A stretch of 39,943 bases of DNA from Acidimicrobiia bacterium (GTDB lineage Bacteria > Actinomycetota > Acidimicrobiia > Acidimicrobiales > SZUA-35): contig JAOTYQ010000001.1 in assembly GCA_029861725.1 (NCBI GenBank), positions 1-39,943 of the forward strand. The letters run 5' to 3'. Below are positions 17,218 to 24,775 of the stretch, one piece after another. Each line of letters opens with the position of its first letter. Positions within the stretch are counted from its first letter, which is position 1. A program made the position numbers and the translations under genes. The notes under the pieces were generated by a model. The model searched no databases and was not told the DNA's origin. It saw nothing but the letters and a program-made list of their open reading frames with translations.

Positions 17218-18453
17218 ATGGGTCGGGACGACGATCGCCGGGCCGGCTTCGAGGTCCTCGACGACTTCGAGCGGTTCAGCCAGGTCGACGATGTCTTCTC
17301 CCGCTCGTTCTGGGACGACACCGTGCGCGACGAGCGATCCGATCGGTTCTACGCCACGTACCGGCGGCCCCTCTCCGAGTGGCGTACCGCCAACGGCTTC
17401 ACCCAGCGCGACTACGCGCTCCGCAATGCGTCGTGGCAGGTCAGCGACGTGTTCACCGAGATGTACGAGGACCAGGGCCGGCGGGACGGTTTCCTCGATC
17501 CGTTGTCGATGCTGCGGGACGGGCCCGACGAGCGGCTCGTGCCCGACTCCCCCGAAGAATCGGCCCGCCAGGTCAAACGCGTGGCCGAGCTGTTCGGAGC
17601 CGACCTCGTCGGCATCACCGACCACGACGAGCGGTGGGTCTACACCGAGCGCTTCAGCGCCACCACCGGCGCCGCGAAGGCCAACCGCCTACCCGGCGGC
17701 CTGACCAGCGTGATCGTCATCGGCCAATCGATGGACGCCGAGCTGGTCCAGACCGCGCCATCGGCCCTGTCGGGTACGGCGACCGGGCTCGGCTACTCCC
17801 GTGACGCCGCTGTCCTGCTCGGTGTCGCCCAGTACATCCGCAACCTGGGCTACCACGCGGTGCCGTCGATGAACGACACCGCCCTGGCGATCCCGCTCGC
17901 CATCAAGGCCGGGCTGGGCGAGTACGGCAGGCACGGGATGGTCATCACCCCGGAGTTCGGAGCGAGGCTCCGGTTCGGGAAGATCTTCACCGATCTACCC
18001 CTGGCGCATGATCAGCCCCGGCGGTTCGGGGTGAAGGAGTTCTGCGAGGCGTGCGACCGGTGCGCCGAGGCCTGCCCGGCCAGCGCGATCCCTCACGGAG
18101 GACCGGTTCCGGTGGCGCTCAACCGCTCCGGGCTGAAGGGCGTCCGCAAGTGGTCGGTCGACGGCGAGGCCTGCTTCGGCTATTGGTCGAAGATCAACAG
18201 CGATTGCGCGATCTGTGTTCGGATCTGCCCCTGGACGCGCGACTACTCGAAGCCGTGGAATCGGTGGTGGCGATGGCTCGCTGGTACCCGGTTGCGGCGG
18301 AGGTTGCTGGCGGTCGACGATCACTTCGCCGGTGGCCGGCGGTTGAAGCCCAACGATTGGTGGGCTCAGGTGCAGCGGCCAGCTCGCCTGCGGCCGATCA
18401 TCCGGCGGTGGGGACGCTCGTGGTGGGGCTCGGGTCGGGGCCGATCCGGGTAG
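17218..18453 (+). CDS. Reductive dehalogenase-like (RdhA/QueG superfamily) corrinoid/iron-sulfur protein, cytoplasmic type
   Basis: Fe-S motifs FCEACDRCAEACP (C276..C286, nt 18043..18075) and C319-x10-CAICVRICP (nt 18172..18228). RdhA-like blocks: FERFSQVDDVF.R.FWD, VKRVAELFGADLVGIT..ERWVYT, AGLGEYGRHGMVITPEFGARLRFGKIFTDLPL. No twin-arginine signal and no TM segment. Confidence 0.7.
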   Translation: MGRDDDRRAGFEVLDDFERFSQVDDVFSRSFWDDTVRDERSDRFYATYRRPLSEWRTANGFTQRDYALRNASWQVSDVFTEMYEDQGRRDGFLDPLSMLRDGPDERLVPDSPEESARQVKRVAELFGADLVGITDHDERWVYTERFSATTGAAKANRLPGGLTSVIVIGQSMDAELVQTAPSALSGTATGLGYSRDAAVLLGVAQYIRNLGYHAVPSMNDTALAIPLAIKAGLGEYGRHGMVITPEFGARLRFGKIFTDLPLAHDQPRRFGVKEFCEACDRCAEACPASAIPHGGPVPVALNRSGLKGVRKWSVDGEACFGYWSKINSDCAICVRICPWTRDYSKPWNRWWRWLAGTRLRRRLLAVDDHFAGGRRLKPNDWWAQVQRPARLRPIIRRWGRSWWGSGRGRSG

Positions 18454-18492
18454 CATCGCCGCAGCCAATCGGGCAGGATGTTGGGCGTCTTC

Positions 18493-18600
18493 ATGGGCAT
18501 TCACGTCGGGATCGAGCACCGCACCAGCCAGCGCTTCGACCACGTCGTCGAGCACCTTCCTCACGTGCTCGGTCTCAGGGCGTGGTCGACCGAATCGTGA
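18493..18600 (+). pseudogene. 5' stub of a Bact_transglu_N-type (DUF2126/large transglutaminase-like) gene
   Basis: The 35-codon ORF MGIHVGIEHRTSQRFDHVVEHLPHVLGLRAWSTES (an upstream ATG at 18478 is also in frame) resembles the conserved start of transglutaminase-N-domain proteins (I.HRT.Y.YD..V...PH..RLRPAPH). It loses similarity after LR and stops. It overlaps the start of the ATP-grasp gene. Confidence 0.4.
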
Positions 18601-21158
18601 CCGCGGGTTCGACCGACGATCTCGTCACCGCGTACCTCGAGTCGAGCCAGGGGTACGACGAGCTCGCCGATGGCGCTGGCGGCATCCGACCGCACTGGTT
18701 GGAACTGGCCGATAGCTACCGCCGGCTCGGCGGTTCCGAGCTCCTCCGTCGCAGGGATGAGATCCGACTCCAGCTCGAACAGGAGGGCGTCACCTACAAC
18801 GTCGGAGGTGACTCCTCCCGCCCGCACCGGCCATGGGCCCTCGACCCAGCGCCGCTGCTGCTCCCGGTCGACGAGTGGCTGACGATCGAACGGGGCATCC
18901 AGCAGCGAGCCGAGCTGCTCGACCTCGTCTTGCGTGACCTCTACGGTGAGCGCCGACTGCTGCGGTCCGGTCTCCTGCCACCAGCCATGATTCTTCCCGA
19001 CCCGCAGTTCAGCCGAGCCTGCGACGGCATCAGGCTGCCGAGCGAGAAGCAGCTCGTCATCGCCGGGGTCGATCTGTACCGGAACGGCGACGGCCGGTGG
19101 CACACGCTCGGCCACCGGACCCAGGCCCCGTCGGGGGTGGCCTACGCGCTCGAGAACCGCCGGGTGCTGTCGCGGGTGTTCCCCCGCCTGTTCCCAACGG
19201 CCGGCGTCCGGCAGCTCGGCCCGTTCGTGCGAGCGTTCCGGGCCGCGGTCCGGTCGACCGCCCCGCTCGAGGTGGAGGATCCGTCGATCGTGGTGCTGTC
19301 GCCCGGTTCGTTCTCCGAGACAGCCTTCGAGCACGCCTCGATCGCCGCCCGCCTCGGCTACCCGCTGGTGGAGGGGTCCGATCTTCGGGTGCGTCAGGGG
19401 AAGGTGTGGCTCAAGACGGTGAGCGATCTGGTACCGGTCCACGTCATCCTCCGACGGGTCGACGCGCTCTTCTGCGATCCGTTGGAGCTCCGGACCGGCT
19501 CGACGCTCGGGGTACCCGGCCTCGTCGACGCCTGCCGCACGGGGTCGGTCAGCGTCGTGAACACGCTCGGATCGGGCGTCCTCGAGAACGCCGGTCTTGC
19601 CACGCTGCTACCCCGCCTGTGCCAGCAGCTCCTGGGAGAGGACGTCGCCATCGATCCGGTGCCGTCGTGGTGGTGTGGCGATCCGGCGGGGCTGTCCCAC
19701 GTCGTCGCCAACCTCGGTCGCTTCGTCGTCCGGCCGTTGTCGAGGGCGACCCTCGAGCATTCCTTCGACACGTCGCGAGCGACCAGGGCCGAGCTCGAGG
19801 ATCTCCGGAGACGGATCGAGGCCCGGCCCGATCGATGGGTCGGACAGGAGCGCATCGAGGGAGCGACCGCCCCGGTGCTGGTCGAGACCGGGTTCGAGCC
19901 TCGGGCGACGGTGCTGCGAGGCTTCGCCGTTGCCGACGGAGGTACCTACCTGGTCATGGCGGGGGGCCTGGGGAGGACGGCCATCGATCCCGGTGCATCG
20001 ATCGCCAATCGGGTCGGCGCGATCGCCAAGGACACGTGGGTGCTCGGCTCCGAGCTCGACAGCGACGACGGATCGTGGCTGACCGTTGCCGATGACGCAG
20101 TGCCGCTCGTCACCGGCGAGACGTCGGCTCGGGCCGCGGAGAACCTGTTCTGGCTCGGCCGGTATGCCGAGCGAGCCGAGGCGACCGTCCGGCTCCTGCG
20201 AACGATCTACCGCCGAGCGGACGAGTTCCAGGACGCACCGGCGGGGCCGGGGCCCGAGTCACTCTTCGCCCTGTTGGAAGCCATGACCCGGATCACCGGC
20301 ACCTACCCGGGCTTCGTCGGCGACGACGCTGCCGACCGGTTCGACGATCCGACCGGCGAGCTGTTGGCCGTCGTGATCGACGGGCAGCGCCCGGGCACCG
20401 TCGCCCACGCCATCCGGGGGATGTTCGACGCCATCGACGTGGTTCGGGACCAGCTATCGGTCGACACCTGGCTCGTCGTCGGGTCGCTCCAACGCCAGAT
20501 CGACGGTCTCGATCCCGGGACGCCCGATGGCGGCGAGTCGGTCGTGAGCTTGCTCGACGAGCTGTTGCACGGCCTGCTGTCACTGTCCGGCCTCGCTACG
20601 GAGTCGATGGTCCGAGACCACGGGTGGCACTTCATGGACGCCGGGCGGCGGCTCGAGCGGGCCCTCCACGTCGGCGCGCTGGTTGGGAACACGCTGGCCG
20701 TCGTCCGTCCGCCGGCCGTCGAGAGCCTCCTGCTCGAATCGGTGCTCACCGCCCACGAGAGCATCATCACCTTCCGGCGCCGGTACCGATCCGAGGTCCG
20801 CCTGTCGAGCGCGATCGACCTGCTCTTCGGCGACACCGGAAACCCACGCTCTCTGCGATTTCAGGTCGACCGACTGCGGGACGACCTGGCCGTGCTCCAT
20901 GCCCATCAGCCGAGCGGATCGACGCCGTCGGCTGCGCCCCTGGTCCTCGACGTCGCCCGCCTCCTCCAGGAGCACGACTCCGTGAGCATCGCAGAACCGG
21001 GTGACGCGGGCCATCGGATCGAGCTCGACCGGCTGGTGACCACGGTGCGGACCGAGCTGTCGGCGGCGGCCGATGCCATCGCCGCCGACTACTTCACGAG
21101 GCAGCTCCCCCAGCGATCCATCGTCACGCCCATCGAGTCACCTCGGGGATCGAGATGA
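18582..21158 (+). CDS. Circularly permuted type-2 ATP-grasp domain fused to alpha-E domain protein
   Basis: ORF 18051..21158, trimmed to the first in-frame start after the rdhA-like stop (GTG 18582, alternative GTG 18597). ATP-grasp part: YDELADGAGGIRPHW...EQEGVTYNV...PWALDPAPLLL...AYALENRRVLSRVFP...VVLSPG..ETAFEH. Alpha-E part, from about nt 20100: AENLFWLGRYAERAE...SMVRDHGWHFMDAGRRLERA. Confidence 0.8.
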   Translation: MVDRIVTAGSTDDLVTAYLESSQGYDELADGAGGIRPHWLELADSYRRLGGSELLRRRDEIRLQLEQEGVTYNVGGDSSRPHRPWALDPAPLLLPVDEWLTIERGIQQRAELLDLVLRDLYGERRLLRSGLLPPAMILPDPQFSRACDGIRLPSEKQLVIAGVDLYRNGDGRWHTLGHRTQAPSGVAYALENRRVLSRVFPRLFPTAGVRQLGPFVRAFRAAVRSTAPLEVEDPSIVVLSPGSFSETAFEHASIAARLGYPLVEGSDLRVRQGKVWLKTVSDLVPVHVILRRVDALFCDPLELRTGSTLGVPGLVDACRTGSVSVVNTLGSGVLENAGLATLLPRLCQQLLGEDVAIDPVPSWWCGDPAGLSHVVANLGRFVVRPLSRATLEHSFDTSRATRAELEDLRRRIEARPDRWVGQERIEGATAPVLVETGFEPRATVLRGFAVADGGTYLVMAGGLGRTAIDPGASIANRVGAIAKDTWVLGSELDSDDGSWLTVADDAVPLVTGETSARAAENLFWLGRYAERAEATVRLLRTIYRRADEFQDAPAGPGPESLFALLEAMTRITGTYPGFVGDDAADRFDDPTGELLAVVIDGQRPGTVAHAIRGMFDAIDVVRDQLSVDTWLVVGSLQRQIDGLDPGTPDGGESVVSLLDELLHGLLSLSGLATESMVRDHGWHFMDAGRRLERALHVGALVGNTLAVVRPPAVESLLLESVLTAHESIITFRRRYRSEVRLSSAIDLLFGDTGNPRSLRFQVDRLRDDLAVLHAHQPSGSTPSAAPLVLDVARLLQEHDSVSIAEPGDAGHRIELDRLVTTVRTELSAAADAIAADYFTRQLPQRSIVTPIESPRGSR

Positions 21159-22027
21159 TCTACGAGATCCTTCACCGGACGCGTTACGACTACGACGTCC
21201 CGGTCACCACTAGCCTCGGCGAGATCCACCAGCTGCCCCGCGACATCGACGGTCAGGTCTGCCTCCGCCGCTCGCTCAGCCTCGAACCCGAGCCCGAGCA
21301 CTTCCGGGAGCGAAGCGACTACTTCGGCAACCTCGCCGCCATCTACTCAATCCGTGAGCCGCACACCCAGCTCGTCGTGACCAGCTCCAGCGTGGTCGAC
21401 ACCAGCGGTCGGCCGACCGGTTTCGGTCGGTTCGGCGAGCGTTCGTGGGAGTCGTTCGTGCCCGCCTCGGCTGGCGATCACGGGCTCGAGGCGGTCGAGT
21501 TCAGCCTCGACTCGGCGCTGGTGTCGCGCAGCGCCGCCTTCGTCGACTACGCCCGGCCCAGCTTCCCACCCGGACGCTCCCTCGCCGAGGCGGTGCTCGA
21601 CCTGTCGGCCCGGATCCACGACGACTTCGTCTTCGACACCGAGGCGACCGACGTCGACACACCTCTGGAGGAGGTCATGGAGCTTCGCCGAGGCGTATGC
21701 CAGGACTTCGCCCACGCGCTTCTCGGTTCGCTCCGCTCCATGGGCCTTGCGGCCCGGTACGTGAGCGGGTATCTCGAGACCGATCCTCCACCCGGCCAGC
21801 CAGCGCTGACCGGGGTCGACCGGACCCACGCCTGGGTGGCCGTGTTCCTCGGCGCCGGCCGGTGGGTTGGCGTCGACCCGACGAACGACCAGATCGCCGG
21901 GCACCGCTACGTCACCACGGCCCACGGGCGGGACTACGCCGACGTTCCCCCGCTGAAGGGCGTGATCTTCGCCGATGCGATCGAGAGCCGGCTCACCGTC
22001 TCGGTCGACGTCGCTCCGAACTCATGA
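21155..22027 (+). CDS. Transglutaminase-like cysteine peptidase family protein (Bact_transglu_N + transglutaminase core)
   Basis: ATG overlaps the upstream stop (ATGA). N-terminus MIYEILHRTRYDYDVPV. Catalytic context GVCQDFAH (Cys), THAWVAV (His), VDPTN (Asp). Confidence 0.85.
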   Translation: MIYEILHRTRYDYDVPVTTSLGEIHQLPRDIDGQVCLRRSLSLEPEPEHFRERSDYFGNLAAIYSIREPHTQLVVTSSSVVDTSGRPTGFGRFGERSWESFVPASAGDHGLEAVEFSLDSALVSRSAAFVDYARPSFPPGRSLAEAVLDLSARIHDDFVFDTEATDVDTPLEEVMELRRGVCQDFAHALLGSLRSMGLAARYVSGYLETDPPPGQPALTGVDRTHAWVAVFLGAGRWVGVDPTNDQIAGHRYVTTAHGRDYADVPPLKGVIFADAIESRLTVSVDVAPNS

Positions 22028-22030
22028 CCG

Positions 22031-23125
22031 GTGAATGCCGTCCTCGGCCGGACACGGGACAGAGGCGGTAGCGTCGCCGTGCGACCGGTTCGCTGCTCGG
22101 AGTGCGGTCAGCTCGTGTTCTTCGAGAACTCGGCCTGCCTTCGCTGCGGTGCGTTGCTCGGCTTCGTGCCCGACCGACAGGACCTCGTCACGTTGCGGTC
22201 GACCGGCGATCGGCTCGAGGTGGCCGACGGGTCCGGGGGCGTGTACCGGTACTGCCGTAACCAGCAGCTCGCTCGCTGCAACTGGATGGTGGCCGCCGAC
22301 GAGCCACACGACCTGTGCGTCAGCTGCCGTCTCACCTCCGTTCGGCCAAACGACAACGAGCCCGAGGCCATGGCGGCCTTCGCCGACGCCGAGGAGGCCA
22401 AGCGCCGGCTCATCGCCCAGCTGTTGGCGTTGGGTCTGCCGCTGATCGATCGCGCGGTCGACGGCGAGCGCGGTGTCACGTTCGAGCTGCTTTCCTCTTG
22501 GGGCGGCGACGTGACGACCGGGCACCACGCCGGGGTGATCACCCTCGATCTGTCCGAGTCCGACGATGCCCATCGCGAGTTCGTGCGCCAGCAGCTCGGG
22601 GAGCCCTATCGCACGGTTCTCGGCCACTTGCGTCACGAGATCGGCCACTACTTCTGGCCGCTGCTCGTCGTCGACACGGGTCAGCTGGACGACTTCCGCC
22701 GGCTCTTCGGCGACGATCGGCTCCCCTACGACGAGGCGCTCCGGCACCACTACGCCAGCAGTGGAGCGGCGTCGTGGGCCGACACCCACGTGAGCCAGTA
22801 CGCGACCGTGCATCCGTGGGAAGACTGGGCCGAGACGTTCGCTCATTACCTCCACATTCGAGACGGGCTGGAGACGGCAGCCGCCTTCGGGCTGACCGCA
22901 GCCGACCCCGCTCGCTCGGTTGGCGGGGAGTCGTGGCCGGCGCCTGGTGAGCCAGCGATCGGGCCGATGGTACGGGACTGGCTCGCCTTGACGCTGGCGC
23001 TCAACGCGATGTCGCGCTCGATCGGGCAGGGGGATCTCTATCCGTTCGTTCTCTCGCCGGCCGTGGTCGACAAGCTCGACTACGTGCACGGCAGGATCTC
23101 CGCTGCCGCTCGACAGCCCCGGTAA
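22031..23125 (+). CDS. Zinc-ribbon + putative zinc metallopeptidase (HExxH) protein
   Basis: Starts 4 nt after the transglutaminase stop (GTG 22031, alternative GTG 22079). CSECGQ..CLRCG and CNWMV..CVSCRL ribbons, then LRHEIGHYFW (HExxH) and WEDWAETFAHYLH. Confidence 0.75.
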   Translation: MNAVLGRTRDRGGSVAVRPVRCSECGQLVFFENSACLRCGALLGFVPDRQDLVTLRSTGDRLEVADGSGGVYRYCRNQQLARCNWMVAADEPHDLCVSCRLTSVRPNDNEPEAMAAFADAEEAKRRLIAQLLALGLPLIDRAVDGERGVTFELLSSWGGDVTTGHHAGVITLDLSESDDAHREFVRQQLGEPYRTVLGHLRHEIGHYFWPLLVVDTGQLDDFRRLFGDDRLPYDEALRHHYASSGAASWADTHVSQYATVHPWEDWAETFAHYLHIRDGLETAAAFGLTAADPARSVGGESWPAPGEPAIGPMVRDWLALTLALNAMSRSIGQGDLYPFVLSPAVVDKLDYVHGRISAAARQPR

Positions 23126-23171
23126 CCGGACGACCTGTGCGGGGAGGTACGGGGACCCGGCCGACACTAGT

Positions 23172-24233
23172 GTGCCGAACATGAAACTCGGGATGAGCAT
23201 CAACTATGTCGGCGACTTCGCCAAGTCGGTCGATCGGGTCGTCGAGCTGGAGAAGGCCGGGCTCGACGTGGTCTGGGTGGCCGAGGCCTACAGCGTCGAC
23301 GCGGTCAGCCAGCTCGGTTACCTGGCGGCCAGGACCGAGCGGGTCGAGATCGGCTCCGGCATCCTCAACGTGTACTCCCGGACCGCGACGGCGATCGCCC
23401 AGACCGCGGCCGGGCTCGACATGGTGAGCGACGGTCGGTTCATCCTCGGCCTCGGGGCAAGCGGTCCCCAGGTCATCGAGGGCTTCCATGGCGTGCCCTA
23501 CGAGAAGCCGATGGTCAGGATCCGGGAGTACATCGACGTGGTCCGGATGACGCTCCGGCGGGAGAAGGTGGTCTACGACGGCAAGACGGTCACGGTCCCG
23601 CTTCCCGAGGGCGAGGGCACCGGCCTCGGGAAGCCGCTCAAGCTGATCAACCACCCGGTTCGCAGCGAGATCCCGATCTGGTGGGCGTCGCTGATGCCGC
23701 TTTCGGTCAAGGCCACCGCCCGTTCGGCCGACGGGTGGCTGCCCGTGTTCTTCGTTCCCGACGAGTTCCAGCGGGTCTGGGGCGACGACCTGAAGGCCGG
23801 CACCGTCGACCGGGACCCGTCGCTCGGCCGGTTGGAGATCGGGGCCGGGGCGATGGTCGCCATCGGTGAGGAATACGTCGGCGAAGGCGCCGACCGGGTC
23901 CTCGACCTCAGCCGGCCGAACACCGCCCTCTACTGGGGCGGCATGGGGGCTCGGGACAAGAACTTCTACAACACGATCGCCAAGAAGTATGGCTACGAGG
24001 CCGAAGCGGTCGAGATCCAGGACCTCTACCTCGAGGGCAAGAAGGAAGCCGCCGCCGCAGCGGTGCCCCGAGACTTCCTCGAGCGGTCGAGCCTCGTCGG
24101 GCCCCCGTCGCAGGTCAGGGAGCGCCTCGGGGTCTGGAAGGAAGCCGGCGTCTCGGTGCTCAACGTCAACGTGGCGCCCGGGCAGGACAGCGTGGCCACG
24201 CTCGGTCAGCTCCGCGAGATGCTGGAGGACTGA
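23172..24233 (+). CDS. LLM class F420-dependent oxidoreductase
   Basis: KLGMSINYVGDF..., LDVVWVAEAYSVDA, GSGILNVYSRT, FILGLGASGPQVIEGFHG are typical LLM blocks. Start is GTG 23172 or ATG 23181. Confidence 0.85.
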   Translation: MPNMKLGMSINYVGDFAKSVDRVVELEKAGLDVVWVAEAYSVDAVSQLGYLAARTERVEIGSGILNVYSRTATAIAQTAAGLDMVSDGRFILGLGASGPQVIEGFHGVPYEKPMVRIREYIDVVRMTLRREKVVYDGKTVTVPLPEGEGTGLGKPLKLINHPVRSEIPIWWASLMPLSVKATARSADGWLPVFFVPDEFQRVWGDDLKAGTVDRDPSLGRLEIGAGAMVAIGEEYVGEGADRVLDLSRPNTALYWGGMGARDKNFYNTIAKKYGYEAEAVEIQDLYLEGKKEAAAAAVPRDFLERSSLVGPPSQVRERLGVWKEAGVSVLNVNVAPGQDSVATLGQLREMLED

Positions 24234-24234
24234 C

Positions 24235-24765
24235 TCAGCCGGTCGCCGTCGACTCCGAGATCCCGTCGACGAGGGCGGTGGCGAAGCGGGCCGCCTCGCG
24301 GATCGCCCCGTTGAGCTCGGTCGGCAACGCCGAAACATCGAGGAACGCATCGGCCCGCAGCTCCCACCGGCTCCGACCGTCGGTCAGCACCCCGCTGAGC
24401 GCCCCGCCATCAGGACGAAGCTCGTCGACCTGCTGCTCGTCGACCTGCTGCTCGTCGACCCACATGCGGTCGTACACCGTTACGAGCATGTCGGCGACGC
24501 AGTGGTGCTTGAGGGCTTGCTCGAACAGCGTCGGGGCGATGGTGAACGGCGCTCGAGCCGAGGCGTAGGGTCGGAGCACGCCGAGGACCCCGTTCGGCTC
24601 CAGCACCCGCAGTGACTCCTCGTCGAGGACCACCGGTTGGTCGTCGACGATCGGCTCGTGCCCGACGATCAGGCACGACAGGCCGCGCCCGCTTGCGACC
24701 TTGGCGGCGACGAGCGCCGCGGGGCCGTGGCCGACGACCAGCAGCGGAGTGTCGATCGACGCCAC
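24235..24765 (-). CDS. Small protein with N-terminal dinucleotide-binding motif; possibly a truncated flavoprotein monooxygenase
   Basis: PLLVVGHGPAALVAAKVASGRGLSCLIV fits a GxGxxA beta-alpha-beta FAD/NAD fold. At 176 aa it lacks the later GADG and GDAAH-type motifs of full-length enzymes. Last gene of the Rieske-ACAD-cyclase string. Confidence 0.45.
   Translation of the reverse strand: MASIDTPLLVVGHGPAALVAAKVASGRGLSCLIVGHEPIVDDQPVVLDEESLRVLEPNGVLGVLRPYASARAPFTIAPTLFEQALKHHCVADMLVTVYDRMWVDEQQVDEQQVDELRPDGGALSGVLTDGRSRWELRADAFLDVSALPTELNGAIREAARFATALVDGISESTATG
24421..24459. repeat. Perfect 15-nt tandem repeat (2.6 copies) inside a CDS
   Basis: ctcgtcgacctgctg occurs twice, followed by ctcgtcgac. 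It is in frame and encodes VDEQQ-VDEQQ-VDE on the minus strand. Confidence 0.9.
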
Positions 24766-24775
24766 CGTGAACCCG

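Noticed and set aside
17995-18564. 189-aa minus-strand ORF spanning the rdhA-like 3' end and the following spacer
   Set aside because: Most of it is antisense to the Fe-S motif region of the rdhA-like gene. The sequence is Pro/Ala/Arg-rich with no recognisable domain. The part in the spacer is better explained as the reverse complement of the transglutaminase-N stub.
18051-18581. N-terminal 177-codon extension of the ATP-grasp ORF, and analogous extensions of ORFs at 8107..9597, 10534..12051, 11688..13028, 16201..17625, 24776..26365, 1573..2721 and 2453..3448
   Set aside because: The extensions overlap neighbouring well-supported genes and are Arg/Pro-rich. They lack family similarity, whereas internal starts reproduce typical family N-termini, often with an RBS or an ATGA coupling.
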